Source of the DNA: Camelus dromedarius
Lineage: Eukaryota
Direction of reading: 5' to 3'
DNA length: 64,000 nt
Assembly: GCF_036321535.1 (NCBI RefSeq)
Contig: NC_087436.1
Span: 25,980,001 to 26,044,000 of the forward strand
Part shown: piece by piece, positions 1 through 12,667 of the stretch
How the letters are laid out: each line of letters opens with the position of its first letter
Position numbering within the stretch: position 1 is the first letter of the stretch
The notes under the pieces: model-generated
What the model was told of the DNA's origin: nothing
Database searches by the model: none
The model's input: only the letters and a program-made list of their open reading frames with translations
Program-made: the position numbers and the translations under genes

Positions 1-70
1 CCCACCGACTAGAGGGGGTGGGTTGTGACTTTCTCTAATCTTAAGTCAAAAGAGCAGTGCTTCCTCAAAA

Positions 71-1496
71 TTAGACTTCTAAGTATTTTATCTTTTTTTG
101 ATGCAACTTTAGAAGGGATTGTTTTTTACTTTCTTTTTCTGGTATTTCATTATTAGTGTAAAGAAATGCAACAGATCTCTGTATGTTAACCTTGTAACCT
201 GCTACCTTGCTGAATCTGTTTATCAGCTCTAGTAGTTTTTGTGTGGAGTCATTAGGATTTTCTATACATAGTATCATGCCATATACATATAGTGACAATT
301 TTACTTTTTCCCTTGCAATTTGGATCCATTTTATTTATTTATTTATTTTTGTCTGATTGCTATGGCTACAACTTCCAATACAATGTTGAATAGAACTGGT
401 GAGAATGGACATCCTTGTCTAGTTCCAGATTTTAGCGGGAAGGCTTTCAACTTTCACCATTGATTATTATGTTGGCTGTGGGTTTGTCATAAATAGCTTT
501 TATTATGTTGAGATATATTCCCTCTATATCCACTTTGGTAAGAGATCTTATCATAAATGGATGTTGAATTTTATCAAATGATTTTTCTGTATCTATTGAG
601 ATGATCATGTGATTTCCGTCCTTTGTTTTGATGACTTAGGAATAAACCTGACCAAGGAGGTGAAAGACTTATACACTGAGAACTATAAAACATTAGGAAA
701 TTAAAGATGATTTAAAGAAATGAAAAGATGTCCCATGCTCTTGGATTAGAAGAATTAATATTGTTAAAACAGCCATGCTACCCAAAGCAATCTACAGATT
801 TAATACAGTCTCTATCAAATTACCCATGACATTTTTCACAGAACTAGAGCAAATAATCCTAAAATTTCTATGGAATCACAGAAGACCCAGAATTGTCAAA
901 GAAATACTGAAGAAAAAGAACCAAGCTGCAGGCATAAACCTACCAGACTTCAGACAATATTGCAAAGCCACAGTAATTAAAACAGCTTGGTACTGGCACA
1001 AAAAGAGACATACAGATCAATGGTACAGAATAGAGAGCCCAGGAATAAACCCACACACCTATGGTCAATTGATCTTCAACAAAGGAGGCAAAAATATATA
1101 GTCTCTTTGGTATATGGTGTTGGGAAAGCTGGACAGTTGCAAGTAAATCAGTGAAGTTAGAACACTTTCTCACACCATACACAAAAATAAACTCAAAACC
1201 CCTTAAATACTTACATGAGACAGGACACCATAAGCCTCCTAGAAGAGAACATAGGCAAAATGTCCTCTGACATAAATCTTAGCAATGTTCTCCTAGGGCA
1301 GTCTACCCAGCCAACAGAAATAAAAGCAAAAATAAACAAATGGGATATAATTAAACTTACGAGCTTTTGCACAGCAAAGTAAATCATAAACAAAATGAAA
1401 ACACAACCTATGGACTGGGAGAAAATATTTGCAAATGATAAGCCTGACAAGGGCTTAATTTCCAGAATATACAAAAAACTCATACAACTTAGTAAT

Positions 1497-1531
<35 letters not shown>

Positions 1532-2180
1532 ACAAGCAACTAATCAAAAAAATGGGTGGAAGACCTAAACAGACATTTCTCCGGTAAAGACATACAAATG
1601 GCCAATAGGCACATGAGAAAATGCTCAATATCACTAATTAACAGAGAAATGCCAAATCAAAACTACAATGAGGCATCACCACACACTGGTCAGAATGACC
1701 ATCATTAAAAAGTCCACAAAGAATAAATGCTAGAGAGGGTGTGGAGAAAATGGAGTATAATAATGACATTTACAGTAACATTGATGGACCTGGAGATCGT
1801 CATAGTAAGTGAAGTAAGTCACACAGAGGAAGACAAATATCATATGATATCACTTATATGTGGAACCTAAAAATAATGACAGAAATGAGCTTATTTACAG
1901 AACAGAAACAGACTCACAGACATAGAAGACAAACTTACGGTCATCAAAGGGGAAAGGCAGGGCAGCGGGGGGATAAATTAGGAGTTTGGGATTAGCAGAT
2001 ACAAACTACTATATACAAAATAGATTAAACAGCCAGGTCTTCTGAATAGCATAGGGAACTATTTAATAGCTTGTAATAATCTATAATGAAAAACAGTATA
2101 TGTATAACTGAATCACTATGCTGTACATCAGAAATTAACAAAACATAAATCAACCACACTTCAATTAAAAAAAAAAGAGA
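71..2180. mobile_element. 5'-truncated, 5'-inverted LINE-1 (minus ~78-632, plus ~633-2180) with poly(A)
   Basis: Minus ORF2 piece ...QKLLELINRFSKVAGYKVNIQ...KIKYL; plus piece continues [23 protein letters not shown]..., then 3' UTR and A-tail at 2167-2176. Confidence 0.95.
1494..1533 (+). repeat. (AAC)n microsatellite inside L1
   Basis: aataacaacaacaac... run. Confidence 0.95.
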
Positions 2181-2593
2181 AAAAATATTTGGAGGCGACA
2201 GTGTGATTTGTGTTTTTGTGCACTTCTTGCACTTTTGTGCAAAAGACAACACACTGGCCAGATACTCTGGAACAGTCACTAATGCTGTGGGATCAGTGTC
2301 CACTCTCAGAGTTTGTCCATATAAAGAACCTCAAACTTATGCATGAGCCAGAAGGAAAAAAATTTTGGGGGAGGTTATCATCTTTCTAATTTTGTCCTAT
2401 AAACCATCAAGAGGAGCAAATAGCCTACAGCAAAGGTGAAAGTGGAACTGAAATGCAGGATTCCTAGTGTCTGAGGCGGGACTAAGTGACTTCCAGAAAA
2501 GAGTGCATTCACCTAAGCATATGAAACAGCAGGTGTTAAGGTGCCCCATGAACTGGTCAGAAACCACAATGAATGAAAAATGAGATGTAGAAG
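2181..2593 (-). pseudogene. Large exon-like remnant interrupted by L1, resuming at ~70-1
   Basis: ttcttctatcttttccaacttaag|CT. About 136 codons with 3 stops: STSHFSFIVVSDQFMGHLNTCCFICLGECTLFWK...GSLYGQTLRVDTDPTALVTVPEYLASVLSFAQKCKKCTKTQITLSPPNI. Past the L1 it continues FEEALLF*LKIRESHNPPPLVG. Confidence 0.55.
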
Positions 2594-3499
2594 CTTAAGT
2601 TGGAAAAGATAGAAGAAAAAAATGTTTCCACTATTTCCTGAGAAGCCACTCAGTTAACATTTAAACAATTTCAGAGTTTTGTTTGTAACAGTGATCAAAA
2701 GAGTATAGTATTTTACAAGAATACATTACTGTGGGTATTTTTATTACTGATAGTTCTGAGAAGAACCAAAATCTTGCTCAAAATTTATTCAGAGACAGGA
2801 AACTAACCAAAATATATATATTCCATGAGTCATGCTTATTCAATTTACAAGTAGAAAACCGAAATTATCAGCAACATTATTCTCATATAGAAGAATGCTA
2901 TTCATGTATTAACACTGTGATTAAAGAAATTATAGAGGTGATTGCTAGCACGTAACTGAATAAGAGGTTGAAACAAGGTTGAATTTTCACTATGATTTCA
3001 AATTTGTATTTGTGTGTGTGCATGCACACATGAATGTATGTGAGAGAAAGTATCTGTTTAACACTAATATGTTTCTAGAATCATAGATAATATTGTCATA
3101 ATTTTAGTTTTCTCTATTTCCCAGTTCTCTATAATATGACTTTATAGATTTTATAATCAGGGAAAATAAAAACAGCCAACATTTTAAAAGAAGTTACATA
3201 GGAATAGTAACAAGAATAGTAACAGGCATTATTTTACCTCTTTCTTTACTGAAGAAATATCAAGCAAACCCAAAATAATAATTAAGAATATAAAATATCT
3301 AAATAATATGAATAATATGTAAATCAACTTATTAGAAATGTCTTATTTTTCCAATGTCCACTGATTATAATTATAAGTTATATTAGTTTATAATATATAA
3401 TAATAAATATAATTATATTTACCATATATAATTAGATTCAAGACAGTAGAGGAGGGTAAACTTGATGACAAATAACTTTGTTATAAATGAAGGGACAAA

Positions 3500-4090
3500 A
3501 GACACAACAGTTAAAGAGGAAACTGGATCAAGAGAGGTTTGTTTATAGAATTGTGTTTTAAATAACAGAAATAACATCATGAAAATAATTAAATAGGGAG
3601 GTAACAATTAGTGACATAGCAGAAAAAGAGAAGATTTACCAGAATCTACCCCATGTAGACAAGAGAGGATATTATCTACTACACAAATGAGTAATAAATA
3701 TTTGCTAGGAATGCAAGAAGCTCATCTGGAATAACAGGGAAGAAGGCAGAGTACCTGAGACAGGTGTAGGTGTGGCTATTAAAGGTGGAAAATTCTCTTC
3801 TCATTATTTCTGTTTTCTCAGTGAAGTAGGAACAAAGTCATCAGCTGAGAGTGAAGTAGGATATTTTGGAAATTTATGAAGCGGGAGGAAATATGAAATA
3901 GTCACCTTGGGGATTGAGAAAGTGACTGGATTAAAGAAAAAGTGTATGTTTGCCAAGTACAATTAAGGGCTTAGTTGAGTTTGGTAAAGTGAGACCAATG
4001 AGTATGATTGTATGTTTCCCCCTAGCCATGTTCCAGATGCTCAGATGTATGCACAGAGTAAATGAAGATGCGGCTTTAACCAGGTCTTTG
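3500..4090 (-). mobile_element. L2 fragment
   Basis: ttctcagtgaagtaggaacaaagtcatcagctgagagtga resembles L2a antisense. Boundaries approximate. Confidence 0.6.
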
Positions 4091-4893
4091 TGTGATTGTT
4101 AGTTTTCATTTTCCTACAATGTGGTATTCTATCATTTGTATTCAAAAGGAAGTTAAATATGTTTAACATGCATTCAATACCTTTATAAAGCAAAAATTAT
4201 TATCAAAACCTGTCTATGGGTAGTGAAATTGGGGAAATGGCAGATAGCAATGGGAGGAAGCCAACTAATAAATAAGCCAATGTTATTTAACATTTCCCAT
4301 AAGTATATATTACCTATCTGACTTAAAAAGTCAAAGTATATTTATAAATACTTTGATTAAAAAATGGAAGAGATGGATGAAATAATTTCAGCTATAAAAC
4401 ATAAAATTTTAATGAAAAACACAAGGGTGGCAGGAGACAATGAGCTCTGTTTGTGAAAATGATTAAAAATGACTACTAAAACCAACAAATAGAATCATCC
4501 AACTCAGATCTAAAGAGCAGTGCCAATTTTAAGAAAACTTAGTATTTGTATAAAAAACTGCTATTTTCCACTTCTGGAAATGTGGATGCATACTTGTGTG
4601 TCAGGTTTTTCAATAGCTATTTGTAGAATTTACAACCAGTAATAAAAACAAAACAAAACAAAAAGGATAAATCTTAAAGAAAAATGACATACAGAAAGTA
4701 ATGAAACTTTAAAAACTGACTCATAACTTTCAATAATTTTATAAATATGAATTATCATTTGTTAAGTTTGATTACAATTCATGACACAGTATAAGTGCAA
4801 AAGAAGCATATGGACTAAATTACTTTGCTAACATACAGTAGTAGAAACATCTATAGAGGGAAGAAACTGAACATCAAGAATTGAACATGGCTT

Positions 4894-5035
4894 TAAGAGT
4901 ATACAATGGAGGAAAGACTGTCTCTTCAATAAGTGGTTCTGGGAAAACTGGACAGCTACATGTAAATCAATGTAGTTAGAACATTCTCTAACACCATATA
5001 CAAAAATAAAGTCAAAATGGATTAAAGACCTAAAC
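4894..5035 (+). mobile_element. L1 ORF2 fragment
   Basis: ctcttcaataagtggttctgggaaaactggacagctacatg...aaaatggattaaagacctaaa. Confidence 0.9.
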
Positions 5036-5457
5036 ACTACATACAAACAAAAACAAAGGTGAACATGCCTTTAAATTCTAACCACCATATTACGCATACA
5101 TACAACTGATTACAGATATAATTTCAATTCTTATGTTTTTCTTCATTATTTGATAAATCAGAATTTAACAAATACAGAGCACACCAGATCTGTATGTACA
5201 CAAATATTGCACAATGCTGTATATATGTCATCTATTTCCTCAATAAACCTATTCCTTTTCTTCACAGATGTGAATTATATCGTTTTTGCTTTAGTTGATA
5301 TTATTTTTAACCATTTAGCCTCACTATGTCTAATAGTTTAATTGTTGAACCAGGCAGAGTTACTTCTCTAAAGAAAAAAGAACTGTTTTTTCCTCCTTGT
5401 TTTGTAAATTAGGTCATCTCAACATTTAGCAGTCTGTTTAAATTATACTGACAGTAC

Positions 5458-5643
5458 CTCAAGGAACAAGTACAAGATGAGTAACATTATATCCTAATGT
5501 CCCAAACAAAGTTGAATTGTATGATGAGTTCCAACTCAAGGAGGAGAAAGGAACACATTGTATTGATTGGATGAGTCTAAGAGAGACATCTGCTGGCTAC
5601 ATTTGAATAGCTACTCTGGGAAAAATGTTCAGAATTGGTAGTT
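5458..5643 (-). pseudogene. Exon-like remnant (186 nt, phase 1-1)
   Basis: aataatag|AA...TTGAG|gtactg. Reads LPILNIFPRVAIQM*PADVSLRLIQSIQCVPFSSLSWNSSYNSTLFGTLGYNVTHLVLVP*, in phase with the 2593 exon. Confidence 0.45.
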
Positions 5644-6112
5644 CTATTATTCAATGTACAATCAGGAGAAAGAAAAAAAAATATGACAAAATATCAGAGA
5701 ACATTTCCAGAGTTTAGCGCATTCAAATAATGCTCACAATTAGATTATGACTACAAGTTCACAAAAAGACAAATAGGTATGTGCACCATAGAAATTTGCT
5801 TTAGTGGTGCTCATTGATAATGTCCTTTTAAATAATAGTAAGTGGATGGTAAAGTCATATAAAATATAATTATAAAGTAATGGTAAATAAAGGATTATAA
5901 AACTATTACAGTATTTAGCTGGACAAAATTATTACAACTCAAAAAAGGGTAAAAAAAGAATGCAAATATTTCATTAAATGTTATTTTTAAATATTAAATT
6001 TTTAAAATTTTTAAACTGTCACATCTTTATAGACACTGTGTCTTAAGATATTTCCTTTTTTGCTGTTCAACTATATGAATAAATAGTACCAAAAATGCTA
6101 GTAATGATAATT

Positions 6113-6149
6113 ACACACACACACACACATATACACACATACACACACA
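6113..6149 (+). repeat. Imperfect (CA)n microsatellite
   Basis: acacacac...atacacacat. Confidence 0.9.
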
Positions 6150-7356
6150 TTTTTGGCTATAGGATACCACTTCCAAAATACCAAGAAATGCATATAATTT
6201 AATTGTATATGTGTGCTACACTATGCTTTATATATACACTATGAAAAAAAATCCATATAGACAGAAAATCCAATCTCGAAAAAATGAAGTAAATCAGTAA
6301 GAAAGCAGTGTCATATATATGTGATTGAAAGTCTGAAAAGGATCTTAGCCACTTGAAGTCTTTCTCTTTTTATATGAGTTCTATAAAAATAGCCAGTGAT
6401 TATATTTTTAGAAGTGGTTTATTCCTTTGACCAGCTGTGTAAAAGATAAAAAGACTGACTCAATCATTTCCAACAAATTTCCTTTGGTTCAAACTTGTGG
6501 CTTATCGGGCCATTCCATCTAAGTCTTTCTCCTATTGGCACTACAGCTTTGTTGCTCTTTATATCCTTTTCCTCTAGAGATGATCTGCTACATCAGTAAC
6601 ATTTATTTTGTTTTAAAGAATTGTGTCATTTTTGTGTGTGAGAGTAAAAAGACTAAAGGCATCTTCCTAAAACCTTTGCTTACTTCTTGCATTAATAGAA
6701 GCTTAAGTCATACTGTGATACTTCAGGGCTGATGTTAGAAACATCAGCTCTCTACATACTATAGCCTATGAGCTTTCTTCTTTCACATATTTGATAACAA
6801 AAACAACTCTTTGCATTTGTACAATGACTTACAAAATAATTTCACAGTAAAAAAAAATATATATTAATAATCCTATTCATAGGCAGGATTGTTTCTCCTG
6901 GCATCATCTAATTGACTTCTTTTTTCCCTTCATTAAGATTTTTCTTAAATTAAGAAAAAATCATTTTATCATACTTATTTCTTATGCTGTCTTAAAGAGT
7001 TTTTGGGACAAAATTCTGACTAGAAATAGAAGCCAATAATTTTCATTTCCAGATGAGGAAATTAAGACTCAGAGAGGGTAAATGATTTCTTTAGGGGCAT
7101 GTGTCTTTATGTATTTATTGTTTCTTTATTGTTTATTTGTTTATATTGCCCAGGCTGGCCCTCTTTTTAAATGTAATTTAATCTTTTTTTCTTTTTATAT
7201 TTCTTTTGAAAGGTGTTCTGTGGTCATTAAAGAAAGTATAATTTTTTCCTGAATAAATATATCAGGTTAAATCTAAAATCAGAGTTAATTTCCAATAACT
7301 ATTCCATATCTCCAACTTAATTCTTCTCTAATATTTACTTTCTTGTTAATATCTAA

Positions 7357-7687
7357 TGTTGTCCTGAAACAAAAATCTACCAGATATTACTCAGCAAAGA
7401 CGGGTTTATTTGGGATCAGCAAAGAACTGCAATTAGGAATATGTAACCATGGTGAGCTACATGCAAGTCCCCCTTCAACAAGAGAAAGAGAAAATTTTTA
7501 TAGAGAGGAAAAGAAAGTTGAAAGAAGTTAATAAGCAAAAAGTCCACGGCATCTCAATGACTGAGCACTTGCCAGGAAAGAAGAGTCTATTTCTCCTGTT
7601 GGGCTCTGCTTTCATCTCAGGGTGTGGAAGCTCCCCCTTCTGGTAGCTCAACTCTATTTAACTGAGGTTTCTGTTCAATTTTTTACA
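7357..7687 (-). mobile_element. Solo LTR, ERV1-like
   Basis: TG...CA termini; 4-bp TSD ctaa (7353-7356 and 7688-7691); minus-strand AATAAA near 7405. Confidence 0.8.
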
Positions 7688-8934
7688 CTAATTAAACCTA
7701 CTGACACTTGCTCTTTCATCCTCTTGGATACTAATATCAAATCTGTTCTGATTGTGCAACCAATTGTTAAACATATCGTGATATGTACTCTCAATATTTT
7801 TATGTTTAATTATTTATATATTTGATAAAATAGTACTATACAAATACATTTATACATTATGAAACATACTCAAAATTTTGATTGAATAAATATTAAAAAT
7901 GCAATATAAATAATTATTGTGCTCATACCAGTTGTTTCTAATTTATAATTTGGCCTAGATATAAATAATTTATTTAACAGTATGTGAGAATAAAAGCAAA
8001 TAATTGACAATATATGAAGATAATAAAGTGCAGACAATGCATTCAACACCTTACGTGAACCTTATAAATGTCCTGTTGAAAGATGAAGTACAGAACAATT
8101 TGTATATACCATTTTCATCATTCTAATATTCTGTTCTTTCACTTAGTCCTGTTATAATGACTCTGTGTATACACCAACACTATCTGTGTTTCTATCATTT
8201 CTTTCAAGCATCTACAGTCTACTCCACTTCAATAACATCCTCTTTTTATGTGGAATACACCCTTTAATATTTCTTCTACTCTCACCATTCTTGCTCTGCC
8301 TGCTCTTAATACTGGCTCAACTGGGCTACACATTCCTTTGATTTTAGTCCTAGGCTACAATGGGAGAGCATATTAAGGAAAACTATTTAATTTGTGATAG
8401 TCAACATGTATGCTCTTCAAATTCAGCTGGAACTTCAGCACTTTTTTAGCATTAATCCTTTTTATGTATTTTACATTTCTGTAGCTGTTATTTCAAAGAT
8501 TTACCACTCAAATCCTCTCTCCTTCACTTTCTCACCCCTCTCTGTGTTGAAAACCTTACCTCACTTTGCAGGGGAAATGAAGGCTATTATATATCATCTC
8601 TAATTTACCCATCCATTTAGCAAATTTCTTGTGCTCCTCTCTGTTTTGGAGATACAGTGATTAAAAGTGTTGTTCTGGGCCCTTACAATTAATGAAGAAG
8701 ACTGATATGGCAGATTCCTCGTTGTTCCCCATGGTCCTCCTTTTTTATTATAACTGAATTTAACTAGTGCATGGACATTTAAGGGTGATTATAAATGCAG
8801 GGTGCCATAACAAGTATATTAAATTTTATTTCATCTTTATTTTCTGACATTTTATATAGTTAACCTATATTAGTTGTATAATTCTTAAAAGTCTATGAGA
8901 AACAGAAATTAATGGCTATTGTGTAAAGGTTAAT

Positions 8935-9090
8935 AGGTGCCAAACACTATACTAAGTGCTGCACGTGGATTATTTTGTTTAATCCTGGTCACATTCTCGT
9001 GAGGGTTTGGTGACCACTAGGTAGGCAAATCTGTGTAAATATAACATGAAAAACTGAGGTTTAGGAGGGTTGAGTAATTAACTCAAAGGT
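8935..9090 (-). mobile_element. MIR SINE
   Basis: gtgccaaacactatactaagtgctgcacgtggattatt...aaactgaggtttaggagggttgagtaatt. Confidence 0.7.
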
Positions 9091-9562
9091 CAAATATCCA
9101 ATAAGGATATGGATCTGTTGTACAAATATTGAAAAATCTGGCCAAAAAGCACATATAATTAATCTTACAAGAATAAGCATTTCTAAATATCAAAGCATTT
9201 CTAAAATATAAATTTATCCCTGGCTGTATTGGCTGAAAAGTTAATGCTAAACAAACTCTCCCACTTTCTTGGCTTACAAAGGCACTTAAAGCTAAGAACA
9301 AAGTTTTGATGTGCCCTAAAAGACTCAACAAGATTGTCACTATTTCCCACCAACCTCATATTGAATCACTGTTTCCTAGACTCTGAAACTCCAGTCACAT
9401 GGGATCTGTTTCACGTTTGTTCAATAAATGCAACATAATCTCTTATTTTTGCATGTGTTATCTTCTCTTTCTCTAGAAAGATCTTCACAACCTGTGTCCC
9501 TATCCTACTTCACCTATCGTATACCATTAAATCGATTGCCATGATTGTAAGGTACAATAATA

Positions 9563-11465
9563 TTTTATTTAAACTCTTTACTGATAATTGTAGATTCCTA
9601 TACAATTCTAAGAAATAATGCACAGATATTCCAGTAAATCTTTCACCTAGTTCCTGCCAGTTAACACTTTACATAATTACAGTGCAGTATCACAACCAGG
9701 ATGTTAACATTTATACACTCCACCAACATCATTCAGTTTTCACTGCTTTTATACGCACTGATTTATGTGTATATTTTCATACAATTTTAGCATGTGTAGA
9801 ATCATGTCACTACTACCATAGCCAACATACAGAACAATTCCATCACAGTCGTCCCCTGTTACGTCTTTTTATAGCCACAGCTATCTCCTTTCTCCCTCCC
9901 TTTATAAGTCCTGGCAACCATTAATTGTTCTCCACCTCTACAATATTCTCATTTCAAGGGTATTATATAAATGGAATGTATGTAAGCTTTTAATTAAAAA
10001 AAAATTTTGGTAATATATTTTTAAAATTTTAGGACACCTTTAGATTTAAAGAAGAATTATGAGGATGGTTCAGAGAGGTCTGACATGCCCCACATCCAGT
10101 CTCCCAACATTAACATCTTATATTAATACAGGACAGTTGTTACAATTAATGGAAAAGATTGATACATTATCATTAAAGTAGATGCTTTATTTATATTTTT
10201 TAGTACTTACCTAAAGGTCATCTTTTCTGTTTCAGGGTCCCACTCAGAATACCACGTTACATTTTGTTGTCAGATATTCTTAGTTTCCCTTTGGCTGTGA
10301 CAATTTTTCAGAATTTTTTGGTTTTGATAATCCCGCAGTTTTGAGGAGTATTGTTAAGGTATTCTGAAGAACGTCCCTCAACTGGATTTGTCTGATTTTT
10401 TTTCACATGATCAGACAGGGGTTATGGGTTTGGGGGAGAAGACCACAAAGATAAAGTGTCATTTTCATTTCTTTTATCAGGGGTGTATGCTGTCAATATG
10501 ACTTATCACCACTGGTATTAACCTTGATCATCTGAGGTAGTATTTGTCAGGTTTCTCCACTGAAAAGTTTTTTTTTTTTTCCTTCTCTCCTTTCCAAAAT
10601 GGTACTCTTAGGAAGGCAGTCACTATGAATAGTCCATTCTTCAGAAGTGGGAGTTATGTGCCACCTCCTTGAGGGTGAAGTGCTTACATAAATTACACAG
10701 AATTCTTCTCCAGGAGATTTATCTCTTCTCCCACATTTATTTATTTATTTGATCATTTACTTAATCAGTATAAATTCATGGGTACTTATTCTATACTTTA
10801 GATTATATTCCAATACTATTAATCTTCTTGCTTATTGTTCCAGCTTTGGGAGCTCATTTATTTGGCTCTTGTGTCCCTTTCACATACCCCCATCTTTGGG
10901 TTTGTTTGTTCCCTTCCTAACAACAATTACTTAACTTCCTCACTTGCTGGCAATACAAGATGTTCCAGGCTCATCTTACATATTTATTTCATCAGTTCTA
11001 GAATTACCCATTTAACCAAGGATCTTTGGCTTCTCATATCAGAGCATGTCATCAGAAACTGAGAGTCTGACTGCTAGATGTCCTCAATATGTATATACAT
11101 TTCAACAGTTTGCTTCATTTTTTTTAACAGGTAGTGTTTCATAGTACAGGTGTATCATAGTTTAATCATTCACAGGTTGAAGGACATTCCGGCTGTTTCC
11201 AGTTTTTGGCTACCTATAAAGTTGTTAGGAACGTTCACCTTCTCTGGATCAAATGCCCAAAAGTGCAGTTTCTGGGCCATAGGGTTAGTGCATATTCAAT
11301 TTTATAAGAAACTGGTTAAATCTTACCTAGAGTGGCTTAACATTTTATACTGCATTCCCACCAGCAACATAAGAGTGATCACGTTTCTCTGTAACCTTGC
11401 CAGCATTTGAGACTATTAAAAACCATTTTGATAGATACATAGTGATATTTTACTCTGGCTTTATA
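9563..11465 (-). mobile_element. Old L1M (MB/MC-type) 3' region with a second L1MC-like piece nested at ~10010-11090
   Basis: The outer element reads ...ggcaaccattaattgttctcc...aaatggaat, then resumes at ~11100 with gttgaaggacattccggctgtttccagtttttggct...cattcccaccagcaac. The inner piece has L1MC-type 3' UTR motifs. Confidence 0.7.
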
Positions 11466-11499
11466 ATAGTACCTTAAGTGCTGCTGTCAAGTAAGGAAG

Positions 11500-11743
11500 A
11501 ACTGAGGAAGATCTCAGCGAATGTGGCAAGAACGCGAGATCGCTTGAGAACGGGAGAGCACGAGACTGGGAGAGCGCGAGAACAAGATCGCAATCTCGCG
11601 AGAGAGCGCGCCTGCGCTGGAGAGAGCGCGAGAGCGCGCGCGCGCGCGGGTGGGAAGGCGAGAGAAGGGGAGAGGGTCACAGACAGACAGAGACAGAGAA
11701 AGAAGAGAGGCTGTCAGTTAAGGATGCTCCACTGATAGTAAGT
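11500..11743 (+). promoter_or_regulatory. Small CpG-rich patch with TCTCGCGAGA palindrome, (CG)n run and GA tract; candidate promoter/first exon
   Basis: Dense CpG in a CpG-poor background. TCTCGCGAGA at 11594-11603, gcgcgcgcgcgcgcg at ~11634-11648, donor-like gtaagt at 11738-11743. Confidence 0.4.
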
Positions 11744-11999
11744 TATATCCTAAATTGAGAAATGTTAAAACGTGACAGAAAAAAGTTTACCGTGAAATGA
11801 ACGATAGCTGAACATCTCTTCCTCCTTATCTGAGGTAAAGAGCCGTTTTCTCACAGAAGCTTTGCCTGTTTCCTTGAGCTTGATGAGGTCACCTACTCAC
11901 ATCTTGTAGTTCTACAAAAAATGAACTGGAGTTTATTTTTTTCCATAGTACTAATAATACTTGTAACCGTATTACAAGGTATTTCGTTGGTGGCGTCCC

Positions 12000-12115
12000 T
12001 TTTCCTCACTAGACCTTGAAATTCCACGAGGACAGAGGATGTGTCTGCTTTGTTTACCACACTATCGCCTCGCCACACTTGCTCGAGGATCTGGTATAAT
12101 AAATATTGTTAACTT
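12000..12115 (+). mobile_element. L2 3' end
   Basis: actagaccttgaaattccacgaggacagaggatgtgtctgctttgtttacc...aataaatattgtt. Confidence 0.7.
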
Positions 12116-12232
12116 AATACATAGATGTGTTCTTCATTAACTCATGCATTTTTCAATTAAGTAATTTAATCTTCCTGAAGTTCTATATACTTGTTTATAA
12201 AACAGAAAATTGATTTAGATCGATTCTAAGAC

Positions 12233-12667
12233 TGTCAATGGAAAGGACCACGAACTATAAGGAAAAAAACAGTTTTTTGGGGGGTCTTAGAATTGTGATT
12301 TGGGGATCTCAGATTCGAGAGGAACCCAGAATAGTGTTCCACCAGAGGAAAATGTGTAGGGGTTTTTATGGGGAAAAAGAGGGAAGTTAATGCAGGCTTT
12401 CACAAATTGTTTACCAAGAATTTGGATTGGAGGGTAAAATTGTTTTATACATGTGATTGGGTTACGGCATGAATCTCATTCCTTACTGGGGAGGGGTGTG
12501 TTTTCCTTAGTGTAGGAAAAGCCCAGTTCTCGGCATTATTCTGTCCTTTTGGCAACTCAGCAACTATTCAGCAGGTCTAATTTAGAGTGTTCAAAGTCCA
12601 GCATGGGCAGCAAATGTGGAGGTCCTCAGGTCACATCTCAGTCATTCCTGACAGTTTTTTTTTCACA
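12233..12667 (-). mobile_element. Solo LTR, ERV1-like
   Basis: TG...CA termini with 4-bp TSD agac (12229-12232 and 12668-12671). Strand inferred by analogy with the 7357 LTR. Confidence 0.75.

Noticed and set aside
775..1101. 108-aa [13 protein letters not shown]... as a gene
   Set aside because: It is a fragment of L1 ORF2 in a truncated, frameshifted element.
1211..1531. Poly-Leu signal-peptide-like ORF
   Set aside because: Antisense translation of the (AAC)n microsatellite and L1.
11474..11735. Arg/Ala-rich ORFs on both strands
   Set aside because: Low-complexity GA/CG repeat translation with no recognisable domain.
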